Positions 42,211 to 54,990 of a stretch of DNA of 64,000 nt are shown here, in pieces. Both the position numbers and the translations under genes were made by a program. The stretch's first letter is position 1; every line of letters begins with the position of its first letter. This DNA is from Haliotis rubra (Eukaryota). The notes under the pieces are model-generated. The model was not told the origin of the DNA. It was given only the letters and a program-made list of their open reading frames with translations, and searched no databases. The DNA lies in contig NW_025765481.1 in NCBI RefSeq assembly GCF_003918875.1, positions 1,178,001-1,242,000 of the forward strand, given 5' to 3'.

Positions 42211-43376
42211 CCCTGGGATGACAGCGTCAACTGTTCATAGTGGACAATTGACCAGGATGCTTGTGGAATGTTTGACAGCTTCGATGCCAAAAATAATTGT
42301 CTTAACATTAACTCTTTATCGCTGCCAAGGATGGCATCTATTTTATGATGCGACACCCTAGTGGCTTTAGGGTGATTTGTATCATACACAAGTAAAGTGA
42401 CGTGCGAAAGAAATGTACACGCTGGTTGGTGGTGGCTAAAACTAAAACAAAGAAGGAATGGTTATTCGATGTGGATGTGTTACGGGTATCACACTTCCTA
42501 CGTTCGCAGTGTTCAGGTAACTGTTTTCAGATTGGTAACGGTTTTATAAGGTTTATACGTTTTTGTACGAATCCAGTTTCCAAAAGTATAATTTCTAATG
42601 CCCTACAATTTACAACTTAGGTGCGGGTGTTTAAAAAGATTGTAATAAAATATTTATTTTCGAAATCGAATAGAACTGCTTTCTCATATGTGCTGTTTTA
42701 CTTTTTTTATACCTCCGGCCTAAAAAGGTCGGGAATGGAAAACTATACCAAGGAAGTCCATCCCTCCGAAGACACTTTTGTTCAGCCAGTAACTTGAAAA
42801 CACTGGTTGAATTGTTTTCAAATTTTAGAGGTGCCGAGCACATTTTCACAATAATATTTTAGATTTTTCAAAAATTACATCAATTTAAGAATTTGAACTT
42901 AGCCTAGTTCGTTCAACTAATAACATGAAAAGAATTGGTAAAAATGTTTTCAAAGTTGGAAAATAGCTACTCTGTCTAAAGGAGAGGCGCAGTCCCTTTT
43001 TATACATTTTTGAAAGAGTCAGTATACATATTCTGAACTTAAGAAACCCAAGGGAAGGTTTGTTCACCAAATAACTTCATAGTTCATCGTCTTTCATAGC
43101 TACAAGAAAAGTATAGAGCAAAGTTTATGGAGAATTATCACAAATTCCATCTCTTGAACTCGTCACACATCAAATGTGTTCAACCAATAGGTTTACAAAA
43201 ATTTAATGGATGTCCTTTAGATGAGGGATATGACACCTTTGATGAAAGGAATGGTGCACTGCAAAGTTTGATTCAAATCTCGTATTTTTGTCAAGAATAT
43301 TTTTTGATCAATTATTGTTCAGCAGAAGTGGGTAGTCCCAGTTGGGGTATTAGTGAGACTTGCTCTCATGTTTATA

Positions 43377-44256
43377 CAGTGCACCCTGGTTATAATGCCA
43401 TGTTTTTGCCAGCACGGATTTCCTGCCTATATAATACCCTGGTTATTAGGGGTGGGTATTGCAGAGAATTTTCATATTGCGATATATTGCGATGCGGAAG
43501 CATATATTGCGATATGTATTGCAATATATTGCAAGGATTATTTTTTTAACAAAAACTACTTATAATCGAGTTAATGCTTGATTATAAAGCAAAAACACAA
43601 CAAAGTCACTATGATTGATTAACCTTTTATAAAAACTTTTAATCATGATAAAATAAAAATGTAAGTAACATTTGGCACTAATGAAACAGGGAAAAGAACA
43701 ATTAAAAAAACGGAAATATCCGAAGATTTCCGAGTGTTACGAAGTTTTCCGAATGCATGTCAAAATACCGGTTTTCGATCAGCGTATCGCAATACGTATC
43801 GTTTTCATGTCTGAACCGGTAAATACCGGTAAACCGGTTATATTGCGCAGCCCTAGCTACTGGTTATAATGCCATATGTCAATGGTTTTTGGAACAAAAA
43901 AGTCATTTTCCCTTGGTTATAACACCAATTACACTGGCTGCATGTTGTATACATACCGTAATTGGTTAATTGACATGACTCAAATTAATTGCCTAAACTC
44001 ATTAATGCTTTAAGCAGTCATGTAATCCCAGATAGGATAGCACATGTGACAATACACCTCCTGCCACCTACAACAAGAAGTCACCTGCAGTCACAAGATT
44101 ATCCAGTCATTCAAGGCTCATTACAGGATACATAAGCTGAACCATCTTGCTGATTACATAGGACCGCTAACTGTCCTACCTGGTTATAATGCCACCTTGG
44201 ATATAATACCATATTTTCTCCTGGACAAACGGTGGCATTATAACCAGGGTATACTG
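43377..44256. mobile_element. Tigger/pogo-type MITE with nested hAT-like MITE (43447-43855)
   Basis: TA|cagtgcaccctggttataatgcca ... tggcattataaccagggtatactg|TA. Inner taggggtgggtattgc ... tattgcgcagcccta. Confidence 0.8.
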
Positions 44257-44469
44257 TATATTTAATGTTTGGCGGAGTAGCCTCTTGATTAAAGCTTTCG
44301 CTCGTTTGGTCTAAGACCAGGGTTCGATTCTCCCCACAATGTGTGAAGGCCAGTGACTGCGGCTAGAGGAGTATACAAAGTACGTGATCTAGGCTACCAG
44401 TTGTCCGACCGCGGTGGTCCCAAATATAACATATACATGTATTGATCTGTTACAAACTTAAAGAAACAG

Positions 44470-44650
44470 TACGACACAGTACGACACATGTCAGAATGAA
44501 CGGAAGGAAGCAGTACCCTTCTCAGTGCATAAGTCACTTTGGTGTAATACAAGGCTGCCTATTATCACCTACTTTATTTGACATTTACATAAATGAACTG
44601 ACGGTGGAAATTAAAGAACAGTAACCTTTGTACCCAGACTGATGATGTCT
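44470..44650 (+). mobile_element. LINE reverse-transcriptase relic
   Basis: GVIQGCLLSPTLFDIYINEL matches the conserved non-LTR RT motif GVxQGxxLSPxLF. Confidence 0.75.
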
Positions 44651-44706
44651 GTGTCGCAGTGCACATGCACGCTTATGATGCATAATGCTACACCTGTGCA
44701 TTAGTA

Positions 44707-44954
44707 GTGAGTGAGTGAGTTTAGTTTTACGCCGCACTTAGCAATATTCCAGCTATATGGCGGCGGTCTGTAAATAATCGAGTCTGAACCAGGCAACCCA
44801 GTGATCAACAGCATGAGCATCGATCTACGCAATTGGGAACCGATGACGTGTGTCAACCAAGTCAGCGAGCCTGACCACCCGATCCCGCTCGTCACCTCTT
44901 ACGACAAGCATGGGTTACTGAAGATCAATATTCTAACCCGGATCTTCACGGGTC
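44707..44954 (-). mobile_element. SINE family B, full length
   Basis: Full consensus, (gagt)n tail, 11-bp TSD gtgcattagta. Confidence 0.95.
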
Positions 44955-47148
44955 AGTGCATTAGTAAATGAAGCTTGTGTATAAATGGCAAAGAAACCAA
45001 TGTTAACCATTTCCAACAGAGGAATATATCTCAGGGTGAGAACCTGTATCTAGATGTGGTAACTTGTTGATATATTATGCTGATCGTTAAAGACACCTAG
45101 ATCTCTGGGTGAATGCATTTTGTCATGTGCGTGTGCATGGGTCTAATCTCGAGCTCTGGGCATTTCTATTGCAACAGTATCATTCATATAGAGATATGCC
45201 TCGCAATGATTTCACTTGTTTCTTTTAAAACCTGTAATTACATACTGTTCCAATATTTTGGGTGTAATTCCCCGAAATGTATACGATACAACTTAGAGCA
45301 TATGGAGCTTTCCTTGGTTTTTATATAAATACGCCTAACCTCGCTTTCGGGGATGGAATGGGTTGGTAAGAACCCTAGCACATTACTTTTATTTATGATG
45401 CAAGACTTTAAAGTGCCGACTACACTTGAAAGGGCATCTGATTCCAGACGTATTGAAAAAGCCATTCCTGGTCTAAAACTAACGGTAAATGCGGAGAAGT
45501 CAAAGTTATAAAGTTTTTTAACAGTGTTTCACTGAACTCTATTCTTAACTCTCTCGATAAGCCCCATTAATGGATTTTAATTGAAGAAACAACACAAGTG
45601 AAAGGGTCATATGACAACTGGTTTCAGCGTCAGTCAAAGCTCAGCACATACGACCTCGTATTAGCTTTTTAAATAGTCTTTTTCGAAGGAATTTTAAGTG
45701 GAACTCCACGTCACCAGTGTAGCGTTTTAACTTCTCTCTGTTGTGGTTCTCTTCATGTAGAAATAGGGACTGGCAGATACACCTCCCCACACCTCCAAGA
45801 GAAAGTGGGTACAATATGTGAAGCCCATTTCTTGTGTCCCCCGCCGTGATATTGCTGGAACAGCGGCGTAAAACCCAATTCACTCACTCACACTCCAAGA
45901 GAAAGATTTGTAAAATCTGTACCAATTGTGCTGAAAACGAAAAGCATTTTTACAACATTGTCCATTTTATAATGATATCAATGCATTATCCAATATGTTT
46001 AGTAATCCTGCTTTTGTCAATAATACACAAGATGCAAATCGTATAAAAATGATGCAAAATGCCACAGCTATCGCCGAATTAGGTAAAATGCGTTTTAAAA
46101 TGTATGTAAGCGACAATGCTTATAATATAGGGGTCCCTGACTGTATTGATACATGTTGAACCCCAGGTGTTGAGTGAGTTTAGTTTTATTGATACCACTT
46201 CTTGTTGAACCTGTGCAAGATAAATGCATTCTCATTCTGTGGGTTGAGTGAGTTTAGTCCAAACTTAAAACCCAGCCGTTCTTCCGCAACGGATTTTAGC
46301 AATATTCCGTCAATATCTCAGCAGGGGACACCAGAAATGGGCTTCACACATTGTACACATGTGGGGATGAGCCCGGGTCTTCCGTGTGACACTCAAACGC
46401 TTTAACCGCTAGGTTACCCGACCGTCCCCATAGGTAACAAGAACCCGCCTCTGTCAATTTTCAAAGCATCCAGGGGACCAATATCACTACAAATACGATA
46501 AGAAGTGACCTTATACCATTCCCAGTATACCACCTTGTCAAATATGCTGACAATACAATCAGGGAGCCTTATATTCTATAGACACTCGCACCCCATTTAT
46601 TGATTTTGAATACTCATAATACGTTTGTTTTTGTGTTGAGTTGCTTTTAATGTAAGTAACTCCAGATCTTTTATATCCTGCTGTGTTGTTATTGCGTCAG
46701 CCACATATTACCTTATTATGACAGCAGTCTGAGAACTTGTACTCAGTATCTGAAATTTAATATTCTTTAAAATTATGTAAACACTTAAGTATCAAAGGTA
46801 AACTTAGTCAGATGTCCTGTCAAGCAGTATACATGTGTTAACTTGTTATTATTGATACGCCTCAAACACAGTATCAATACTTCTCTTGTTCATTCATATA
46901 TAATAAAAGTTTAACCAAGCAATTATTACCAAAGCTCTACATTTACACATACTGTACATTTTATAATTATGTTATAATATATATCATATATAATATATTC
47001 TTAAATTAAGAAGAAATGACCCTGGGAGCTACCAAAGCACCGTAAATAGCACTGCCTCATCTGCGTTCCATTAAATATGGAATTTTTGTCTCGAGTATGT
47101 ACCGAAAAAGATTCCGCTGGGCATTAAAGACAAAATAGAGGTCTTATC

Positions 47149-47367
47149 AGAGGGGTACACAAAGTCCGCAGTCTAGACTACCAGTTGTCCGACTTCCATT
47201 TTGGTGGAAGCTGCGATGGCTGAGCGGGTTAGACGGCTGGATTTGTGTGCTGGCGATTAGGTGCCTGACTCTGAGGGTGTGGGTCGGAATCCCTGATGGG
47301 ACTCAGCCCAACAAAAGTACTAGAATCTGTACTAAGGAAGTGTAATCCCAAATATAACACATGTTAC
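47149..47367 (+). mobile_element. tRNA-bearing element copy 3 (one arm only); deleted copy at ~44364-44432
   Basis: agaggggtacacaaagt...gactaccagttgtccgacttccatt, tRNA-like tggctgagcgg...gggtcggaatccc, and the same right arm ending cccaaatataacacatgttac. Confidence 0.75.
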
Positions 47368-48200
47368 GCTTTCAAGATGGGCAATAATTCATGCAAACCC
47401 CAGGCGTTTCAGTTGCTTCCAACGTGTACAGAGAACTCGTCATCTTATGGTTACTTTCCAAATCAGACATGACTTTCCTTTGCACATGAACTGTTACAAA
47501 TATAACCCTTCACTCCCAATACAATTGACACGATTGATACAAAGAGTTTTACTGTGTTGACCTTCCAATCTAACGTCACTGTACCAAATGTACTAATACC
47601 AAAATAATTCATCTATGTAAAAGAAAAATTAATATTTTGTCACAAGATAGGAGCATAATAATTATGATTGTCGTACTGTAAAAGCAGTTGTATTTTGAAT
47701 TAATTTACGCGACACCCAATTATTTTCTTGTGGATCTTCAAATGAATGAAAAAGCTTTCACTATTTCTAAGCTTGTGTTGATAATTATTCCTTCCGACAG
47801 CATGTATTAAATAAAGATTTACAAGAAGGAAACTCAACTACATTTAGAAACATTATGACAGAGTAAAATACATCTCAGTTTTGATTGTTGTTTACCTAAG
47901 TTTCAAGCAGTTTATGAATATATGACAAAATCCGATAGATTTTAATGTCAATATCTGACATGATTTGTAAATAACAGGTTATCATATATTAAACTTTACG
48001 CTGAGTATAATTACACACATATTTGTGCCTATTTAATTGTTATATCTGTATGTACATTACAGATGCATGACATTTGATTAAATCGTGTACATTTAGAATC
48101 TTGATTATAATATAATTGCTCATACAGAAAAGTGAAAAGTTGTATCTAACTAATAAAATGCCCATCAAAGAAATCTAACTAATAGTTTAAAAATACATCA

Positions 48201-48383
48201 AACTCACAGTTCCCACTCTCCTGACCCAGTGCTGTCTGTGGATAGACAGGAATGACAATGCGTCCACGGTTCCCTTTAATATAGGAAGGCGGCCACTGCC
48301 CAGGGTCAAGATCAGAGTGGACACATGTCAAACATCCAGCGCTTCCCTAACAGTGCAAATCAAGCGTAAACCAGAACGGTATC
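48201..48383 (-). promoter_or_regulatory. Orphan inverted copy of the vWA promoter plus exon 1
   Basis: Reverse complement of 49098-49278, including the TATA-like motif and the aact|gtgag donor. No signal-peptide or vWA exon found downstream. Confidence 0.75.
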
Positions 48384-49583
48384 ACTTCCCTCTTCCTACA
48401 AACATACAATACATATGGTTGTATTGAAACAGAGTACCATTTCTGCTTAATATGTCCGTTTTGTCAGATTTGAGGAAATTGTTACCTGAATATTATATTC
48501 TCAATCCAGATAATATTGTAATATCAGCTAATATCATTCAAAGACCCAGATTTGCTCTCTATGTCATAGAAACTCTTTCAATGTCCAGTTTAAGTTAGTA
48601 AGTCAGTACAGCTGCAATACGTTTTACGGGAGTTCTACTGCAATAAGCTTCTGGTAGAGAAGACAATAAATATAACACATATAAATGTCAGTTGTGCATC
48701 AAACGTCAAAGAACGAAAATCATAGTCAAATATTTATACTCTAATCGTAGAAACTCTTTCATATTTGAAAATAGTACAAGTGAAAATGGAGCCTGTATAT
48801 CATTAAAATACACACTTTTTATTTAGAACGTCAAAGAACAATCCGTCAAATTCATTCCTATACACATATTCCAACGTATGAAAAATATGAAGTGAAAATG
48901 GACCTGTATGATCATTAGTACTGTTATTTAGATCCGCTAATTCATTCCATATATTCCAAAGTATGAAACAATTTGAAAGTGACAAAGATACCTTATCTCC
49001 CATATTACGACAACGTACCACCTGCATGCCACGCAGAAGCCATGCCTCTAGTCAGTGTTTAACATCTTAATTTTATTAATCTGTTCTAATCAACAAGATA
49101 CCGTTCTTGTTTACGCTCGATTTGCACTGTTAGGGAAGCGCTGGATGTTTGACCTGTGTCCACACTGATCTTGACCCTGGGCAGTGGGCACTGGGCTATA
49201 TTAGAGGGAGCTGTGGAAGCATTGTCATTCCTGTCTATCCACAACCTGCACTGGGACAACAGAGTGAGAACTGTAAGTTTCATGAATTTTGAACATGTTT
49301 AATTTACGTATTTTCAGTGAATACAGATCAGCAGTGACAGTCTCGACAACTTGCCGACATCGTTACAGGGCATAAAAGGAGTGAAGGAAATTGTATGAAG
49401 ATTGGTCATAAATCTCCAAAATGAAAAGAATTTTTTTTCATTATTTACAGAAGGATCTGGTTGTACTTTATGCTGTTAACTCCGACCAATTATCTGATTG
49501 AACTTTGCAAGTGTGTTTTCTTCTTAATATTCAAATATTGGAAGAAGCTTCATGAAAGCTCATTCTTGTGGTTTAATATTCAG

Positions 49584-51376
49584 ATGGACTTCCTGATGTC
49601 GTCTGCTCGTCTGCGTCTCGTCTGCCTTGGCGTCATTTTAGTATTTGGTGGATATGCCTCAGCTTCTCGTGAGTAATATCTACTGAAACATGTCTTTTCG
49701 TCAAAAACTTTGATAATGTCTAGGTACGTATGGTATATGTTACTAAAAGTAACACCATGCTGATGTGTTCTTTTATATGCGGACTCCGTATATAATTATG
49801 TACATGACAAGTCTGTGTTGATGCTCAGCAAACAGATTCCATCTTAGGAGTAGAGATCACCAAGAAATTGTGTGTTTAAGTATATATCTCATCATGACCT
49901 TGAATCTAGAATGTTATTTTGATCATATACAAACATTGTTCTGAGGTTTTTCTGCACAATGGCTTCAGGCAGTACATCTGACAAGTATGTCATTAAATGA
50001 ACTGGTCGTTTTCAGAATGTTCAGTGCCAATCGATACCGACATCGTAATTGCTGTCGTCGACTCCAAAGCGACCATGTATCACAGCTGGGGAGGAATCGT
50101 GCTCTCACCGGGGCTTGTCCACTTTCTCAAGACCTTCGTCTCTCATTGCGATTACAGCAAAGTCCGACTGTCCATCGTCGCAGTCAGCAACACCGTCAGA
50201 CTCCTTGCACCTTTCACCAGCAACCCAAACGACCTTCAGTTAGCTATTCAGACATGGAGACCACAATTTAAGGGAGCAAGAACCTTTCTGGCTCTCAGGT
50301 CCATCAGGTCCTACTTCAAGACAGACGGTCGTCCAAACGCCGCTCGTATCGTCATTGTCGTCACCCCACAGCAATCAGACAACTATTTCTCCACAGTGTC
50401 CGAGAGCCTGCTGCTGAGGGCGGATCACGTCTCCATCATTGGCGTCGGTTACGGTCACTACGCCCCTTCTCAAGAATTGTTGGCCATGACAGGAAATCGT
50501 TATCGAGTCTTTCTAACGGGCAATAGTTACTACCTTGTGTATTCTGTGAATCCAGTCAAGCAACTTATTTGTACATGTAAGTAGAACAGAAGAATATATC
50601 TTCCATTGTTCACTTAAGTAGTACTACGTAGTAGTATTTTCAATCTCTATTTGTCCTTGAGAAATGTGCTCTTGTTAATTATCACATGTTTATGCCTGCT
50701 ATTTGTATTGACAGTGAGCCAGGCCTTCAAGGATGCTTTGACGACAGGTAAGACTTTTGAGGATACAACTCTCTAATTTCAGTATTTGTAAGGTTGCTTC
50801 TCAAGTCGCACTCAGCAATTTTCTATCTATACTTGTCTGTAAATTTTCAAGTTTGGACCAGATAATTCAGTGATTGGCATCATCAGGATCGATGTTTGCA
50901 CGTACGATACAATGACCTGCATGAACCAAGTGAGCCTCACGACTCAACTCTACCCATTAGTCTCATGGGTTACTGAAGATCAATTCCAACCAGGATCTTC
51001 ACGGGTTACCACTATACCTGAACCTTTTTCATCACGTAACACGGAACCGAAATGTTATTAAGTTGAGGTTTCAAGTTAAGTATGCTATATAAAATGTTCA
51101 TGGTGTCAAATATCTTTATAAACACTAAGCTGGACCCCTGGTGTTAATGGCCCAGGGACAAGCTTTCTCAAACAAAGACCGTTTATGTCCAACACCTGAA
51201 ACAGATGTATACACTGTAATGGAATATATTTATTGAAAAGGAATACACAAGCTGTCTTCCTTTGTACTTAAGTTCCTACCTGTGTTTCAGCTGCTACGAC
51301 GACAACGACATCAACAACAACTACGACTACAGTTTCGACTACGGATCTCGGCCTTATGACAACGATGAATAATTAG
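49584..51376 (+). CDS. Secreted single-vWA protein with short Thr tail, gene 3 (exons 49584-49668, 50016-50576, 50715-50747, 51291-51376)
   Basis: Signal peptide MDFLMSSARLRLVCLGVILVFGGYASA. 561-nt vWA exon. 33-nt microexon LSQAFKDALTT. Last exon AATTTTTSTTTTTTVSTTDLGLMTTMNN*. Promoter and exon 1 at ~49098-49272. Confidence 0.9.
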
Positions 51377-52337
51377 ATAAATACCCTGGGTGTATTATTG
51401 ATACACGGATCATTTTACCCTTTGCAAAGTATAGTTTATTCATTGTATATTACGATGTGTCTTTTATTAGTTATCCCAGATGTTCTCTCACCCATGTACG
51501 AAAGGTTTGACATTCTAATGGTTTCCTCCATCTTGGTACACAAATGTTATATTCTATAACTTGTTTAGCCATGATGCCTACCTGTGAGTGTCCAATCTTG
51601 CACTATATAAAATTGCTTGTTTGATAAATCATCCAACTGACTCCTTGTTTTTGTCTTCTGAATTTATATATTTTACTGCACCAACACATTTCTCAGAGAC
51701 ATCTGACTGCATCACACTGTGCACATTATGGTCACAATAACCATGTTCACTATTTACTACCCATTTTGACAATATTCCAACAATACACAGCTTTTAGCAA
51801 CATTCCAGCACGACAGGGGACACAAAGATATGAACTTCCTAAATTGTACCTATGTTGGGAATCGAACCCGGGCTAACCGAGAGACGAGAGAATCTTTTAA
51901 CCACTAGATCTACCAACCGCCACTATGTAATAGTGATGCATATACACTATTTTACTGCATAAGATGTACTCGAGAACAACAGTGGCCAATGAATGGGCTT
52001 TCAGAGGTTAGTAGTCTGGATTATCAGGGTTGGGGAGAGGGTTCATAATTCCGATATTATTCACTAGAAGACAAATGTACAGAATAATGTTGTTCAGAAA
52101 AATATCTTTCCAGGACAGGCGCGCAAACAGACCAATTTCTCTTGTCCGAAGCATTTACACATCTAATTTAGATGTTATATCCAAAGGTTTTTGTTTAGCC
52201 TTGTCTATTTATTAACACGAGATATACTACTCAAAGTTTGACAAGAATCACCCCCTTTTTATATTAATCTTATCTTACATGGCAATGCAGGTCTCTCAAT
52301 CACTGAAAACCAGAATGTTTAAAAAATGTACATATCT

Positions 52338-53170
52338 ATATCTCTCAAACAAAACGCTTTCTCAGTTAACATCTGTTGTACATACCCTAGCCTATGTCTG
52401 TCACTTGTGTACTTTGTTGTAAGATGAATCGTGTAATTATCTGGAGAGGGCTTTTCTAAGTTGGATAACTTGTGCCCAGTCCTTTTCTTGAATGAATAAA
52501 ATATGTTTAAAATAAAACATCACCCCCTTTAAAGGGTCATACGTCGATTGTGTACATATGTTGAAAAAGACAAAGACAGTATTTCGCAAAAACATGTTTT
52601 ATGAACAAAAGTGCGTTGCCATGACATTGTGCCACACAATGACAACAAACAGCATTTGACCAGTCAGATCAAAATGAAAGTATCTCACCAAAACCGATTC
52701 AGATCTCATCTGGTCACAACCAGTCACCATCGTCTCATACTCGTCGTCAATGGAAGATTGTTCCACTCTTCAGTAAGAGCGCAGTTCCCGTAAAGTTGCC
52801 GGAAGGACAGAGCGCCGGATGACGTCGATCTGCACCTCGTTCCACATGTATAAGATATGGTACATTTCTTGTGACCGGGATGGCCAGTCCATGCGGCCAA
52901 TGGTGTTCTGGTCTGCTCTAAGTTAGCAACAACAACTCTGGTACGATAACAGCGTGCGTTAGCGTCCATGAGGATGAAGTCCGGTTTCATTGCACCAGCA
53001 TTCGATCGCCCACATCCAGAATGTTAGCCTGTAGTGCCCCACTGCAGGACATGGAGATCGGTACACTCAGCTCTTCTGATCCAACCATGACTGAGCCCTC
53101 TCAAAAGCGGTCATGTTCGACATCTTTAGGAATCCGGAAATCCGTATTCTTGTCTTCGCCATATTCATTT
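52338..53170 (-). mobile_element. Highly decayed Tc1/mariner relic
   Basis: ORF 52724-52990 PDFILMDANARCYRTRVV...LTEEWNNLP resembles the Tc1 catalytic C-terminus. TIR-like tatatctctcaaacaaaacgc at ~52338. Confidence 0.65.
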
Positions 53171-53225
53171 CATAAGGCGCAAAATGATCCTTATTGTGAG
53201 TTGGATACATATTGTTATGAATGTG

Positions 53226-53442
53226 GACCCGTGAAGATCCGGATTAGAATTGGTCGTCAGTAACCCATGCTTGTTAGAGGCGACTAGCGGGATCGGGTGG
53301 TCAGGCTCGCTGACTTGGTTGGGCAGATAAATGCTCATGCTGTTGATCAGTGGATTGTCTGGTCTAGACTCGATTATTTACAGACCGCCTCCATATAGCT
53401 TGAATGCTGCTGAGTGCGGCGTAAAACTACACTCACTCACTC
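53226..53442 (+). mobile_element. SINE family B
   Basis: Starts gacccgtgaagatcc, internal deletion, tail actcactcactc. Confidence 0.88.
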
Positions 53443-53949
53443 ATTATGAAGGGAAAGTCGTTTTCAATCGCGAACATCTAAGGAATGTGAAACAAAACGA
53501 TTGTCTTGCAATTACACACCCTGAGACGCGATCCCTATGTATTCATTACCTATGCTTGTTGGGAAATTTGACCAAAAGGGAACAGGCAATGAAACAATAT
53601 GGTTACCTTAACCAAACAAAGTAAACAGTTGATCATTAATGGATTAAGCTCCAGTAATTGATCCAGAAACGTAATTAAAACCGAAAATCACGTTCTTCCT
53701 TTGTGTCTAAAAAAGTCGTCTGCTCTAACATTAAGGAAATTTAACAACGTAATAACACCTGTGAAGACCACAAAAATATTGGCGGAAATTGTTACCTCAA
53801 ATCGGGTGTTTATTCAATATGATTTATAGGAGGGTGAAACTTGGTTAACGTTGCATGTCCTTTTGTAAATGTCAATACTGATTAACCTGTCACAAGAAAC
53901 GTAAGTCCACGAATGGAGGCCCCTGATCAGTGCTTGGTGTGACCGCCGT

Positions 53950-54113
53950 GGTAAGACTACAGAATACCGGATACATTCCGCCATCTTTGAAAGCATGCGA
54001 GTTTACTTAGGATCAGGGTCAGGGTAAGGTTTAGGGTTAGGGTTAGGGTTAGGGTTAGGGTGAAGTGACTAAACAATATGGCTGCTATTTATCCGGTATT
54101 CTATAGGTGTACC
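53950..54113. mobile_element. 164-bp MITE carrying telomeric (TTAGGG)n
   Basis: 24-bp imperfect TIR ggtaagactacagaataccggata / tatccggtattctataggtgtacc. Perfect 8-bp TSD accgccgt. Five perfect ttaggg plus variants at 54008-54061. Confidence 0.88.
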
Positions 54114-54124
54114 ACCGCCGTGTG

Positions 54125-54480
54125 ATGCTGTAACTGCTCTGCACATCCTGGGTACAGACAGAACAGGTCTAAAGATTGTGTTGTGGGGAATGGTTCTCCA
54201 TTTCTCTTGCAACGCGTTAGCCCTTTGCACGAGTTTTGGCGTACGTTGACGTTGACGTACATGTCCATCGAGCCCAATTCATAGACGCTTTACAGGGTTT
54301 CAAATCCAGAGACCTAGAAGGCCATTTCAAAACATCGATGTTTGTATTATGAAGACTTTCAACATTGCGAAGTTGCAATTGTCCTTGTCCTTACAATGTT
54401 GTCGTCGATGCATAAGTGTCAATTCACGGACAAATACTTGTCTCCCGGGACTGTTTGGTCCGACACCCTTCTGAAACCAG
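54125..54480 (-). mobile_element. Decayed Tc1 catalytic-region relic
   Basis: Minus-strand reading gives QGQGQLQL...NTNIDVLKWPSRSLDLKP, similar to INVLPWPSRSPDLNP. Confidence 0.55.
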
Positions 54481-54734
54481 GCATATATGTCCTACAGTCT
54501 CGGTGTAAGTAACAGCTCCATGAAGTAGACGAAAGACCCGGATGTAGGCATCTTGTGCAAGGGAGGTGACTCTTGGTTTACTACTCCTCGGACGACTTGG
54601 GTGAAGCGAGGCGGGTACACAGATACTATATGCTCTGGTAAAATGACACGATGTTTCGATTGGCAGTATTCAGTCTCGGCATTTTCCCAAGTCGCTAACG
54701 TATGGCAGAGTGTTGACTGATTGACCATTAAGTA

Positions 54735-54990
54735 CCATTCTACAAGTATGTCCAGTTTATACATTTTCTAATACAATAATGGGTAACCAAACCATCCTTC
54801 TACAAGTATGACCAGACACCAGAGAGTTTATATCTTGTCTGATACAAAAGCGGGTAACAAAAGCACCCTTCCACAAGCATTGTCCACTTACCAGACAGTT
54901 TGTACGATGTCTGCTACAATACTGGTGACCAACCCATTGTTCCATTTGTCTGGACATACCAGTGGAACTATGGGTTGGTTACCCACTACC
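54735..54990. repeat. Degenerate copies of the 72-bp satellite
   Basis: ggtaaccaaaccatccttctacaagtatgaccagacaccagagagtttatatcttgtctgataca matches the 60420-61180 array unit. Confidence 0.75.

Noticed and set aside
54008-54061. Telomere or chromosome-fusion site
   Set aside because: Short, single orientation, and enclosed by TIRs and a TSD.
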